Shown here one piece after another: positions 17,885 through 28,329 of a DNA stretch of 64,000 nucleotides. The first letter of the stretch is position 1. Every line of letters starts with the position of its first letter. The notes under the pieces were generated by a model. That model had not been told where the DNA came from. It made no database searches and was given only the letters and a program-made list of their open reading frames with translations. The DNA is taken from the IMG/VR virus record IMGVR_UViG_3300024308_000188, positions 62,001 through 126,000 of that record. One strand, written 5' to 3'. Position numbers and translations under genes: made by a program.

Positions 17885-20800
17885 TTACATGCGTAAATCA
17901 TCAATTTTTGCAACAAGTTGATCTTGGTTAGTGATAACGTAACCAGCTTCTTTCAACTCTTTAAGTTTGCTCATGAATTCGCGTTTACCAGCTGCGAAAT
18001 AAATGTGCATACCAGGATGAAGCTTCCAAGTTCCACCTACACCGCCACCAGGAATTGCTTTTCCTTCAAGACGTTTCGCAAATGGGTTAGTTGCTTTGTC
18101 CACAACAATACGTAAACGGTCGTGCATCGTTACCGGATACATTTTAACCATTTTAGTATTCTTGCTTTCACGCAAACGCGCACGGAAAAAATCTTGAACA
18201 TCATTCATGATTTTCTTAGCATGACGTTGGTTAAAGAGTTGTTTAGGATCGATCTTCTTGTCACTAAACATATCGTAAACAGCAACCAAACGATTATAAG
18301 TTGGGCCATCAATTTCCAACTGTCCTTTGTCTGATTTTTCTTCAATCCAATTTAAGAAAGCGTAGTACGCAGGGAACGCTTTAAAGTCTACGTATACGAA
18401 ATCTTCAAAGTTTTTGAAGCCAAACTTCAACAAGCCATCTGCATCTGCGTCATTATTTGTAACGTGCATACACAAGAAGCCGTTATAGAAAGAAGGAATT
18501 AATTTAATCTTCTTAGGTTTAATCGCTGGAGCCGCAGGTGCAACAGGACGTTTAGGTGGAACACGACCTGAAAGTGTACCAGCAGGAACTACGCTAACGG
18601 TTGGCCGTACACGCGGAACTTTTGGAACAACTTCTACACCTTGATTTACTGGGCGTTTTTTCTCAATGTTGTCTTTGCGGATATTTGCACGTTCGCGTTC
18701 GCGTGTCTGACGACGAGCATCTTCACGTTCTTGCTTGATGCGTTGTTCCTCAGCCTGTTCTCTCTGAGCGCGAATACGATCAGCTTCTGCCTGTTGTTTA
18801 GCTGCCGCACGTTCCATCTGAAGTTTTTCAGTTTTCGTTCCCCACATTTCTGTAGGTTTAAAGAACTGATCATAAACTTTTCCGGAAACTTTTGTTGCAA
18901 TATAAACCATACTGATAGGCATCAGAACAGGAGGTATATTTTCCAGCATGTTACGTTCATGATATTTAATACGAACACTATGAATCGGTCTGCGTGGATC
19001 AGAAATCATTTCTCCTGGATTATCAGGATCAGGAATTTTCCGAGTACGTTGCAAACCAACAATTGTACCAGTACCAAAACCAGTACGAACTGGACTACCT
19101 TTCAACACTGCTTCTGCATCTTCTAAAATTTCTTCGATGCGCGTTGGAATATATTCTGACAATTTAACCAAACCAAATCCTTCTGGATCAGGAATATTTT
19201 GATTCGGCATTGTTGGAATTTGTGGCATCGTTTTGAAATCTTTTGGAATAGGTGGAATATCAAGATCCAACATTTCCGCACGAGTTGTTTTACGCATTTC
19301 CGTAAATTCGCTTGCTTCGATGTTTGCTAATAAAGCTTTTGCACCAAAGTAATCGTTTACAATACGAGTTTCACCATTTTCCGTTTCTTCTAACGTACCA
19401 CGGTAATCCTCTAATTCACAGCGTTCAAACAACAAATCCAAAGACATCTTGATTGGTTTCAAGACGTATTCGTTTAAAGGTTCATAACGTCTGTTGCCTT
19501 TTTCGTTGAAGCGAATACTGTCAACAGTTTTCCACATCAAACGAGCAACTTTACCAACTTCCAATGTACCGCCAGTCATAATCCAATCGACGTAAATAAC
19601 TTCACGCGCCATATCTCCAGGTTGACCATCAGTAAATTTTGCTGCGGCCGGATCTGGACGGAAAATACGTGCTGTACTTTGTTCGTAATCACCAGGTGAC
19701 CACGGAGTATCAACACGAATAATACGACTTGCCATTTGAAGGTTGTAACCTTCTGTAATAGCTTGCTCGTTAGCTACGAAAATTTCTACATCTTTTGATT
19801 TCATGAAGTCTTGTAAGTTTTGCTTACGTTGATCTTCTGGAATCTGACCGTGGAACATACGCGCTTTGCGTTTATACTCAGGAGGTAACGAATCGAAAAT
19901 ATATTTCGTGTTACCTGTGTAGCGGCAGAAAATAAGTACCTTACCTTTAATCTCCGGTTTCCAGTTATCCAAATCTTGATCTGGTGGCGTAGAAGTTTTC
20001 GGAGTCAATCGACGTTTTATAGTCGGTAATTCGTCTGGCCCAAGTGGAATTGGACGACGCATATACAGTTGACCTTTATATTCAACTATATCGTACTCTT
20101 TCGCTTGCATTTCACGATCCCACTGAATAATACGTCCAGTTTGATCTGCGTTTGCATCATACTTAACACTTTCAAAATGTTCACGTAAGCGTTCTATTAC
20201 CATCGAAACTTTTGATGGAACAAAATCGCCTTGTCTTACACCAGCAATAGCTGCCAACTCTTTGAAGTAAGAATCACCCCAAGGATTTGTAATTAGCTGC
20301 TCAACACGTTGGAAGTATTTTTTGTCGATAGTAGGTAACATAGAAGCATTGATAACACCACTGGCATCAACAACTTTTCCACGACCACCACCGCCACCTT
20401 CTTCGTCATCATTTTCTTCCAATTCATCATCGAAAGAGTTTTCATCATCGTCATCTTCGTCGTCATCTGCTTTGCCGATGTCGCCAGAAAGAATGATAGA
20501 TTTAACTTCGTTGATAACGTGTTCGTAAGCTTCTTGGTGTAACTTGTTACCAAGTTTATTCATTGTTTCGTCTGTAGGATCGAACAAACGAATTTGAATA
20601 AATGTATCAATTGGATTAGGTAACATGAATGCCCACTCTTTACGTTTCAGAGTGATCATGCTGCAATACTTACCAAGTTTGGTACGCATTTTACCTGGAC
20701 CATCTTCAGCAGAAAGATTGATTCCAAGTTTATCCATTTCATCAGGAGTTTTAAGTGCGTAAGCATTCATTAAGGCAGCTTGGCCAATAACATCAGCAAG

Positions 20801-23800
20801 AATACCGTGAACCAAAGTACCTGTGGCTAAACGCGCATAAGCAACGCCAGTCATAGTAAATACTTCTTTGATTACAGTATGAATTGTTGAGGTCTTGCCA
20901 CTACGCATAAATGTTTTTGCTTTATGACTTTCATCAAGCAACACATAGTTAGGATTGAATTGTTTTAAGAATTCAACACCACCACTGATTTTAATTTTGC
21001 GCGTACCAAAAGTCAAATCGAATGTATTTGTTTTACTAAGGAAGTGAATACCAGCAACAATAATTGTGTTACGTGGAGCATCCTTAATAATCTTGGTCAG
21101 TAAATCCAGACCCCAAATTTTAACGATTTTGGTTGTGATTGGAATAGTATTCCAGTTACCGTTAGTAAACTTGGCAGTATCTTCACACCAGTTTGCACAC
21201 AATCCATCTGGAGCAAGTACGAGTGGAACGAAGTGATCTGCTTTGTGTTTCTCGGCCAAACATAAAATGTCTGTAATACCAATTAATGTTTTACCGCCAC
21301 CTGGACTTACGTCGAGAATTGCATACTTCGGCGCTTTTCGTAAAAACTGGTGAGCTTTTACTTGGTGAGGAAACATTTGAGGTTTTTTGCCGTTAACAGC
21401 AACAATACCTGGAGCAACAATATCTTCAACATCAACATCAGAATCTTGTTGATAGCGGTCAAACATTTCTTCAGCACGTTCAAAATAATCCAACGCTTTT
21501 GGAACATACTTTGAAAATATGTAAGCAAGCGGTAGAACATCCGTACTGATATAGTTGAACGAAGGCAAGTTTTTGTTGTTTAAATCTTTTTCGTCACGCT
21601 TAGGATATAACAGCTCTTTCTTCGGAATCAAAGTAATATGCTTACACATATTCTTGAATAAACAACCACCAAAGTAAGTATAGATGTTATTAAACTTGGC
21701 CATAGTAGTATCAGCACTACGGAAGTTTAAATGAGCAGGATGGTCAGGCAATTCAGTTTTGACATTACTAAAGCCGACTTCATCTGCAATCATGGCGTGA
21801 AGATTTGTTCCGGGAGTACCTTCGGCATCAGCCAATGCTTTCAACAGGAAAGCAAGTACAACGTAGCCTTGACCATATAAATGGTCAGCAAGCAAAGAAC
21901 TTCCATCAATTGTATCAGGAATTAAATTGCTATACAGATCGAAGTCTAACGGTGTCCCTTCCAAGGTAAAAGAAGTGTAATTCTTTTCTTTCTTGGTTTC
22001 TTCGATCAATTGAACAATGTTTGGAACCACACCTTCTTTTGCATAAAAGCTGTAGGTTTCAAATAACTTGATAAGACGCTGGTTCAAGAAAACACGCAAA
22101 TAAATTGGAGCATCTACCAACTTTTTACGTTCTTCAGGAATGTTCAAATCTGGTGCAAGTTTTCTGATTTGCAAAATACTGTTCAAGTTTGTCAGTGTAT
22201 GCAGTGCATCAGGATCATGGCGGAACTCAGAAAGAGAAGTTAAAATATGTTTCTTCTGAGATTTTTCTCCTGGTTCTTTAAAATCAAAACCAAGGAAATC
22301 TGCCATAATCAGATCGTCCGGTGGAGTACAACCGTTCAGATCTTTTGGAACTAAGTTATCGGTTTCACTTGCGTAAAGCAGAGTGTTGTAATCCCAGTTA
22401 AATGCAATCAGCGCACCGCGCATTGATTTTAACTTAGAGTTTTTATCTGCCATTAAACCGTTTGTGCCAGCGATATTTAATTTCTCAGGATTACTTGCGG
22501 TAACAGATGCACCAGCAGGACTACCAGCAGGTAAACCTAATTCGTAAGAAAGTGACAGCATTTCTTCATATGCTTGCTCATAAGCAAGTGCATTATCATT
22601 TGAAGAATCGGCAGGACTTGGAATGTAACCGAAACGTCCATCAGGCATAATCACAAGACCATCATCATCTGATTTACTTTCAGAAACATGATAGCCAAAT
22701 TTCTCACGATAACCAGCAAGTTCTTGAATACGACTTGGTGGAATAACATACTGTGCAGTACGACGAGGATCGTAGTTAATGCCTTTAGCATGTTTTGGTT
22801 TTAAGAAAGCACCAGCCCACTGAGTAACCCAAGAGCTTAAACAATAAAGTGCTTTATCGCCAGTTTCGCTCTGACACATAAAGTTTACGATAGCGCGTTC
22901 AAAACTTAATGAAATAGATCCACCAACGCGAGGAGTAAATACAACTGTTGGTGTAATTAAAGTTTCGTTTTTCGGACGAGGAACTTCAATAGATTCTGTT
23001 CCAGAAATTTGTGCGCGAGTTTGACTTGAATTCCAAGAAGCCCAAGGCTGCATTAACTCTGGCTCTTGTTCGATAATAACCAGTACGTTCAGGAAACTCT
23101 TATACAAAGTAACTGAACCATCTAAGTTATTAAAGAAGTTTAGTGGAAAGCCAATCAGTTTACTTAATTCGTTGTTCCAACTTTTAAAATTGTAATCAAC
23201 TGGAAATTGACAAAGACGACGTTGGTGCGCGTTATCTAAAGTCAACACACCTTTATCACTACGCATAGAAACCAGTTCACAGATTTTCTGTGCAGCCGCC
23301 ATAATGCGTTGGGCAATTGGTGTTGAATAGTTTGTTTGCATCATACCTAAATGACGCGCATCATTCGGACGAGTCGGTAAAGCAGGGAATGGTTTGATGT
23401 GAAGTTTTAAACCGCCACGACCATATTGTCCACTAAACAGAATATCGTAACCGCCTTTATAACGTGAGGAAGGTTTGATAATAGTGTTTGCGGTTGGACG
23501 ATCTTCAAAAGGCATATCTTTTGGAAAGCGACTATCTTCAGCATCTTCGCTCTGTGTATCGCGCTGTGTACTCAAAGCAATTAACAAATGGCGAACCATA
23601 TCTTCGCTTGGTTCATCGTTCATTTGAATAATATTAGATGCCAATGCTTGAAGCTCAGCAGTTACTTGGCTGTCAGGCATATCGTCTAAAATATTTGCTT
23701 GCTCTAAAGCTTTACGACAGAAAGCAAAGAAATTGTTAAGGCCCATGCTGACAGAAAGTGTTTTACTTGCAGCCTCACGGAAACCGTCCATTTTGAAACC

Positions 23801-23953
23801 AGCTTCAGTAGGTCTGTTATTAACAGTGTAAAATGCTTCTGTATACAGCTTTTTTAATTTCGGATCTAACTCAACAGGAGCAACAGCTTTAGTCAACAAC
23901 TCTTCCGCTGTAGCACTCGTCGAAGTAAATTCTCCGTCGATTGTAATTGCCAT
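17885..23953 (-). CDS. Giant SNF2-family helicase/ATPase (2022 aa)
   Basis: MFPHQ, VSPGGGKT, LLDESH, ATGT, KVLIFCRY, FHGQ, EGYNLQMASRII, PWSP..EQSTARIFR; ~860-aa unrecognised N-terminal region. Confidence 0.85.
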   Translation of the reverse strand: MAITIDGEFTSTSATAEELLTKAVAPVELDPKLKKLYTEAFYTVNNRPTEAGFKMDGFREAASKTLSVSMGLNNFFAFCRKALEQANILDDMPDSQVTAELQALASNIIQMNDEPSEDMVRHLLIALSTQRDTQSEDAEDSRFPKDMPFEDRPTANTIIKPSSRYKGGYDILFSGQYGRGGLKLHIKPFPALPTRPNDARHLGMMQTNYSTPIAQRIMAAAQKICELVSMRSDKGVLTLDNAHQRRLCQFPVDYNFKSWNNELSKLIGFPLNFFNNLDGSVTLYKSFLNVLVIIEQEPELMQPWASWNSSQTRAQISGTESIEVPRPKNETLITPTVVFTPRVGGSISLSFERAIVNFMCQSETGDKALYCLSSWVTQWAGAFLKPKHAKGINYDPRRTAQYVIPPSRIQELAGYREKFGYHVSESKSDDDGLVIMPDGRFGYIPSPADSSNDNALAYEQAYEEMLSLSYELGLPAGSPAGASVTASNPEKLNIAGTNGLMADKNSKLKSMRGALIAFNWDYNTLLYASETDNLVPKDLNGCTPPDDLIMADFLGFDFKEPGEKSQKKHILTSLSEFRHDPDALHTLTNLNSILQIRKLAPDLNIPEERKKLVDAPIYLRVFLNQRLIKLFETYSFYAKEGVVPNIVQLIEETKKEKNYTSFTLEGTPLDFDLYSNLIPDTIDGSSLLADHLYGQGYVVLAFLLKALADAEGTPGTNLHAMIADEVGFSNVKTELPDHPAHLNFRSADTTMAKFNNIYTYFGGCLFKNMCKHITLIPKKELLYPKRDEKDLNNKNLPSFNYISTDVLPLAYIFSKYVPKALDYFERAEEMFDRYQQDSDVDVEDIVAPGIVAVNGKKPQMFPHQVKAHQFLRKAPKYAILDVSPGGGKTLIGITDILCLAEKHKADHFVPLVLAPDGLCANWCEDTAKFTNGNWNTIPITTKIVKIWGLDLLTKIIKDAPRNTIIVAGIHFLSKTNTFDLTFGTRKIKISGGVEFLKQFNPNYVLLDESHKAKTFMRSGKTSTIHTVIKEVFTMTGVAYARLATGTLVHGILADVIGQAALMNAYALKTPDEMDKLGINLSAEDGPGKMRTKLGKYCSMITLKRKEWAFMLPNPIDTFIQIRLFDPTDETMNKLGNKLHQEAYEHVINEVKSIILSGDIGKADDDEDDDDENSFDDELEENDDEEGGGGGRGKVVDASGVINASMLPTIDKKYFQRVEQLITNPWGDSYFKELAAIAGVRQGDFVPSKVSMVIERLREHFESVKYDANADQTGRIIQWDREMQAKEYDIVEYKGQLYMRRPIPLGPDELPTIKRRLTPKTSTPPDQDLDNWKPEIKGKVLIFCRYTGNTKYIFDSLPPEYKRKARMFHGQIPEDQRKQNLQDFMKSKDVEIFVANEQAITEGYNLQMASRIIRVDTPWSPGDYEQSTARIFRPDPAAAKFTDGQPGDMAREVIYVDWIMTGGTLEVGKVARLMWKTVDSIRFNEKGNRRYEPLNEYVLKPIKMSLDLLFERCELEDYRGTLEETENGETRIVNDYFGAKALLANIEASEFTEMRKTTRAEMLDLDIPPIPKDFKTMPQIPTMPNQNIPDPEGFGLVKLSEYIPTRIEEILEDAEAVLKGSPVRTGFGTGTIVGLQRTRKIPDPDNPGEMISDPRRPIHSVRIKYHERNMLENIPPVLMPISMVYIATKVSGKVYDQFFKPTEMWGTKTEKLQMERAAAKQQAEADRIRAQREQAEEQRIKQEREDARRQTRERERANIRKDNIEKKRPVNQGVEVVPKVPRVRPTVSVVPAGTLSGRVPPKRPVAPAAPAIKPKKIKLIPSFYNGFLCMHVTNNDADADGLLKFGFKNFEDFVYVDFKAFPAYYAFLNWIEEKSDKGQLEIDGPTYNRLVAVYDMFSDKKIDPKQLFNQRHAKKIMNDVQDFFRARLRESKNTKMVKMYPVTMHDRLRIVVDKATNPFAKRLEGKAIPGGGVGGTWKLHPGMHIYFAAGKREFMSKLKELKEAGYVITNQDQLVAKIDDLRM

Positions 23954-23968
23954 TTGTTTTTCCTTACA

Positions 23969-24397
23969 CTAAATAAATAAATTCCAAAGAGGATTAGCTG
24001 CAATTTTTTCTTGTGAACAGCGTTGAATCAAAGCTGTAGCATAAAGTTTGGCATCCAAAGAACTTAAAGTGTCCCAAGTTGCCTTGTTATTGTAAATCAA
24101 AAACATATTCTCTGAAGTAAGATTGTCTATCTCTGCCTGAATATGCTCTCGACGTTGAGCAAGTTTGTCATCCTCTTCAGGAGTTTCAAGAACATCACCG
24201 CCCTGAAGATCTTCTGGAAGTTCCTCAGTTTGCGTATAGAAGGCAAGACGTTCTTCAAGCAAAGCAACTTGTCTGCGTAATTCCGCTATAGTTTGCTTGT
24301 CATCATTTGATTCATCTTCTGAAGATCTTGAAAAAATTGCTTTGGGGTAATCTCTTGCCACCAAAGGAAGAACAATGGAAGTGCTTTTCATATTCAA
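23969..24397 (-). CDS. Hypothetical protein (acidic, coiled coil)
   Basis: Operon packing. Confidence 0.6.
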   Translation of the reverse strand: MNMKSTSIVLPLVARDYPKAIFSRSSEDESNDDKQTIAELRRQVALLEERLAFYTQTEELPEDLQGGDVLETPEEDDKLAQRREHIQAEIDNLTSENMFLIYNNKATWDTLSSLDAKLYATALIQRCSQEKIAANPLWNLFI

Positions 24398-25137
24398 TAT
24401 CCCGCGTTAAATGAATTGAGTGATCTTATTAGTAAATTATGGAAAGATTGCTTTGTATATTTTCCCATAGGTAAAACGTAAGGAAAGTCAAAAGATATTT
24501 TTAAACAAAGAATATCTTTGTTCAATCTTTTCAAATGCACCTTAATTCCACTAACATCACCAACAAAAAACCAGCTGTAAATATTTTGCTTTTTAATCGA
24601 ATCTAAAGTGAAGTCTCGGTCAACACTTAAAGGTTTTGGAAAATCTCTGTAAAGAAATCCCTTAAGTGAATGCAAAGCCGCATCCATATTACCTTTTGGA
24701 ATTATCAGATTCTGATAGATGCTTACGTTTGGTAAGGCAGAAGCATGTAGAAAAGAATTGTAATTCAATCCAACATCTATAGATCTAGTGCCTTGGCGAA
24801 AGACTAATAAGTTTTTTCGGCGAAACAATTCATTCAATTTAATATTTACAGTTTTCAACAAAGTTGTTATAAGATTCAAACTAAATTGACTTGCTTCGTA
24901 TTTTTTACCACCAACAAAAGCATTAGTGGTAATATTGTTCAGATAGTTTATGAAAAGAATACTAACTAGAATATCAGCATTGGTTTCATACAAAGTTCTT
25001 ACATCTTTTATGGTTTGAGTATCATTAAATTTTTCCCAAAGAGCGTCACCTTCATGCTGTTTAACCATAGAAGGGTAGGAATCTGATTTGTGCCCTATAC
25101 GCAAACCATGTTTTTTGAGTGTAGAGGCAAAACTCAT
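24394..25137 (-). CDS. Hypothetical protein
   Basis: 247-aa ORF, operon packing. Confidence 0.65.
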   Translation of the reverse strand: MSFASTLKKHGLRIGHKSDSYPSMVKQHEGDALWEKFNDTQTIKDVRTLYETNADILVSILFINYLNNITTNAFVGGKKYEASQFSLNLITTLLKTVNIKLNELFRRKNLLVFRQGTRSIDVGLNYNSFLHASALPNVSIYQNLIIPKGNMDAALHSLKGFLYRDFPKPLSVDRDFTLDSIKKQNIYSWFFVGDVSGIKVHLKRLNKDILCLKISFDFPYVLPMGKYTKQSFHNLLIRSLNSFNAGY

Positions 25138-25140
25138 TGG

Positions 25141-25506
25141 TTAACCTCCAAATAGACGTTTGTTCTTTCTTGTTTGTAAAGCTTTCAACAGATGTTTACC
25201 TGCCTCATTTGCCTTACCTCGTTTTTTAGAATGACAGGTAGCGCATAAAGTTTCAAGATTTGAAAGAATATTCAAACCTCCTCTTGCAACAGGAACAATG
25301 TGATCAACAGTCAGTTGAACAGCACTAGGATTATTAGGATTATCCTCAGCACCACAACAAACACAAGTATAATCATCACGTTCTTTTACAATAGCTTTTA
25401 CTCTTTCCCATTCAGGGCCAGATCTTAAATCGGATTTTGGTTTAAGTGGGCCGGAAAGTCTATTGCCGGATTTTTTAAATCCTCGGTTTCTCTGAGCAAT
25501 TCCCAT
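25141..25506 (-). CDS. HNH endonuclease
   Basis: RDDYTCVCCG...LTVDHIVPVARGG...SNLETLCATCHSKK. Confidence 0.9.
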   Translation of the reverse strand: MGIAQRNRGFKKSGNRLSGPLKPKSDLRSGPEWERVKAIVKERDDYTCVCCGAEDNPNNPSAVQLTVDHIVPVARGGLNILSNLETLCATCHSKKRGKANEAGKHLLKALQTRKNKRLFGG

Positions 25507-25512
25507 ATGCGT

Positions 25513-26253
25513 TTAACCTGTCAGTATACGTTTTGTATTTTCTATGGAGGCTAAATAGCTTTCTTTCATTTTAACAGCTGAAGCTTTTGCCTGAGTTTTA
25601 CAATACTTAATGACTTCATCTTGCAAATCAGTTGGGATGTTTTTTCGTACATAAGAATTAAGATGATTTACAAAATCCAAAATTGATTGAGAAGTAGTCA
25701 TAGCGAACGGGTTCAAAACATCTTGAACAAGAGCATCAATGTATTCGCCAACATTTTGTAAACTTTTCATATCCGCAATAACATCGCGCATCTGATCATA
25801 AACTTTCATAAGAGCATAAATGTCTCGACTATCCTTGCTCTTGAAATACTTTTTTTCAGCCATGTCTGAGATAGTGATCAACTGTTTGAACATTGTTTCG
25901 TATTGATTAACGTATCTACGATTATCATCGAATACGTTGTCGCCCATTTGCTCAATAAGTCCGTTAGCCTCAGCAACCAAAGCCGCTTTATGTTTTTGAA
26001 GATCTTGCAAAGACTTTGAAGATTTGCCAGTCAATTTAGATGGAAGATCTTTTTTATCTTTAACCAAAGATTTAGTTTTTAACTTAGGCTTCGGAACTTC
26101 TTTGGTTTTTAACTTTGGTTTACCTTGTGTAGTAACTTTAGGTTTGGTTTTAGTAGGCTTTTCCTGTTTAACAACTACCTTAGCTTTTTTCTTTTCCGAA
26201 GTGGCTTTTCGTTTGGTAGTCATTTCTGACAATTCTATTTTCTTACCTGCCAT
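25513..26253 (-). CDS. Hypothetical protein with Lys-rich N-terminus and helical C-terminus
   Basis: First ~80 aa are K/P/T-rich low complexity. Confidence 0.65.
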   Translation of the reverse strand: MAGKKIELSEMTTKRKATSEKKKAKVVVKQEKPTKTKPKVTTQGKPKLKTKEVPKPKLKTKSLVKDKKDLPSKLTGKSSKSLQDLQKHKAALVAEANGLIEQMGDNVFDDNRRYVNQYETMFKQLITISDMAEKKYFKSKDSRDIYALMKVYDQMRDVIADMKSLQNVGEYIDALVQDVLNPFAMTTSQSILDFVNHLNSYVRKNIPTDLQDEVIKYCKTQAKASAVKMKESYLASIENTKRILTG

Positions 26254-26267
26254 CTTTTTCCCCTAGA

Positions 26268-26297
26268 AACAAATAGTGGGGCTATTAAAGCCCCACT
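26268..26297 (-). terminator. Intrinsic terminator
   Basis: AGTGGGGCT-ATTAA-AGCCCCACT hairpin followed by a U-rich run on the minus strand. Confidence 0.7.
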
Positions 26298-26317
26298 TGT
26301 TTTGTCTTATCTTGAGA

Positions 26318-27130
26318 TTATGCCCAAGCATGGCCGCGAATGATAGCTTCGTATTTATCCCAGTAAGTACGGTTGAAGCCGTAAACTTTTTGGTAGAAAC
26401 TTACTAACTTATCTACTGTATTTTCTGAACCAGCTTCAACAGTTAAGTGTTCTGGAACAGTTAATTTCAGACCACTTAAATCTGGAGCAGCACTTAAACT
26501 TGAATATGTCATTACCTGATCTGGATCGATAATGTCCAACTCTTCTTCTTTCGGAGCAAGAACTGCCAAAGCATCAGCACCATCAGCGCTCACGCTGGCT
26601 AAAACAACACCAGCACGTAACTCGCCTTTTTGTAAGTAAAGTGCGAAGTCACCGCTTTGAACATTGTCTTTTGCATTGTCAGCAGAAGCAACAGCAGAGA
26701 AATAAGCATTATCAGAACCAGGAACCGGTGAACTACATAAACTTGCCATAAGTTCATTGATTTCAGTAGCGTTGTCAACATTGTTGGCACGTACTAAATA
26801 TTTACCATCGGCATTTGTAGTCAGTGACCACATATTGTCGTTTTCATCTTCGTAAATAGATTTACTCAGACTGCGGAAACCAGCCATACCTTCTTGATAG
26901 CGAATGATGTCTTTTGTCGGAATAGCTGCACCACGTACTAAAGTGCGGTAAGGGCTTTTTTCAATAACTTGAAAACTTCCAGCAACAGCCATCATGTTGC
27001 TTTTAGTTAATTGTTGAAAACCGTTGTGAAAATCAGAAGCAGACACAACTTGATTTAAGCCGTGAGATACGTCAGCGATGATCATTGCGCCGCCAGCTAA
27101 AGCTTTAAAACTTGTGATCTTTACTTGCAT
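26318..27130 (-). CDS. Hypothetical protein, possibly virion
   Basis: Strong GGAG SD and highly biased codons. Confidence 0.6.
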   Translation of the reverse strand: MQVKITSFKALAGGAMIIADVSHGLNQVVSASDFHNGFQQLTKSNMMAVAGSFQVIEKSPYRTLVRGAAIPTKDIIRYQEGMAGFRSLSKSIYEDENDNMWSLTTNADGKYLVRANNVDNATEINELMASLCSSPVPGSDNAYFSAVASADNAKDNVQSGDFALYLQKGELRAGVVLASVSADGADALAVLAPKEEELDIIDPDQVMTYSSLSAAPDLSGLKLTVPEHLTVEAGSENTVDKLVSFYQKVYGFNRTYWDKYEAIIRGHAWA

Positions 27131-27165
27131 GGTTATTCTCCATAGTACATTTATTTTGAAATCAA

Positions 27166-28326
27166 TTAACGCTTTATCGAAGAACGCATCCAGAATCCCG
27201 GACCTCTTCTCAGTTTTGTGGTAGCACTATTAATAACGCTTGTTCTTCCTAAGCTACGCGCTATAGCACTTGCTAAGTTAGATGATCCGATAGATCCATC
27301 GTTATCAGTTATACTAGCCTTGCCTAACAATTTCTTGTAAGGCTTTACTTCGTTTTCAATCTGAGATTCAAGTCTGCCTATAGCAGCCTCTAAGCTCGGA
27401 GTTCTGTCTACATTAAGATTAACAGTTTGTCCACTGAAATCAAAAGCACTTGCACCTTCAGCTAAAGTTTGAGCTTTCAAACATTCCAACGAAGAACACA
27501 CAATCCACAAATGCAATAAAATACCTTGCATGTTTGTTCCGCGTATAGATGTCACTAAAGGCGGGTAACTATTAAACATTTGAAGTCCACGATACAGATA
27601 GTTAACGTAATCTGCCGTAGTATATTCAAGTTCCGGTATAATGTTTTCAAGCTTTGCTTTATCAATAGCTTTTTGCATCATACCAACAGCTACCATTATT
27701 TGGTTTGTAATGACCCACAAATTTGACTGGTGCATGTTTGGAACCATTCTGGCATCAGTGTGATTAACAACAACGCTTATAGGTTCCAGTCTTAGCAAAC
27801 TAACGTCCATATCAAAAGGAACCTCGAATACAGCACGAGTTTTTGTTATGGTACGTGTCACATTTGGATCAGTCATCAAATCAAGATCTTCAAGAACAGA
27901 TTCATTATTTATAGAAATATCCATCAATACAGAATCTGTTTGTTTCACAGGAGCTTCAAGTACAAAAGTAAATTTGCTTCCAGATGCTCTGTGTAAACAA
28001 ACAATATCACCGTAACGCTTATTAGTGGCAGGTTCTACAGTTACTTTGAGTTCATAACTGACACGGTTGCAACCGTCATCAGTCATTTCCCATAAAACAC
28101 GCAAATCAACTTCATCAGTTAAATTCATGTTAGGGAAAACAAAATCAACTTGCCATTCACCAACAACTGTTGTGGGGGTAGCTTCTCTGCGATCAATGAT
28201 ACTGTTATCAAGATCAAAAAGTGTTACAGTTGGGCCTCCGGTTCCCTCATACGGATATATGGGAGTTCCGTCAGGCTCCAACATTTTTTGTGTTAAATTT
28301 TGCTGACTTCCCTCAACTACACGCAT
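27166..28326 (-). CDS. Hypothetical protein, possibly neck/adaptor-type virion protein
   Basis: Beta-rich N-terminal half and helical C-terminal half; no firm family assignment. Confidence 0.5.
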   Translation of the reverse strand: MRVVEGSQQNLTQKMLEPDGTPIYPYEGTGGPTVTLFDLDNSIIDRREATPTTVVGEWQVDFVFPNMNLTDEVDLRVLWEMTDDGCNRVSYELKVTVEPATNKRYGDIVCLHRASGSKFTFVLEAPVKQTDSVLMDISINNESVLEDLDLMTDPNVTRTITKTRAVFEVPFDMDVSLLRLEPISVVVNHTDARMVPNMHQSNLWVITNQIMVAVGMMQKAIDKAKLENIIPELEYTTADYVNYLYRGLQMFNSYPPLVTSIRGTNMQGILLHLWIVCSSLECLKAQTLAEGASAFDFSGQTVNLNVDRTPSLEAAIGRLESQIENEVKPYKKLLGKASITDNDGSIGSSNLASAIARSLGRTSVINSATTKLRRGPGFWMRSSIKR

Positions 28327-28329
28327 TTC

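Noticed and set aside
25141-25506. Free-standing HNH as the trans-acting homing enzyme for the ORF-less intron
   Set aside because: It is 10 kb away and of the short zinc-finger HNH type often linked to packaging; there is no supporting evidence.
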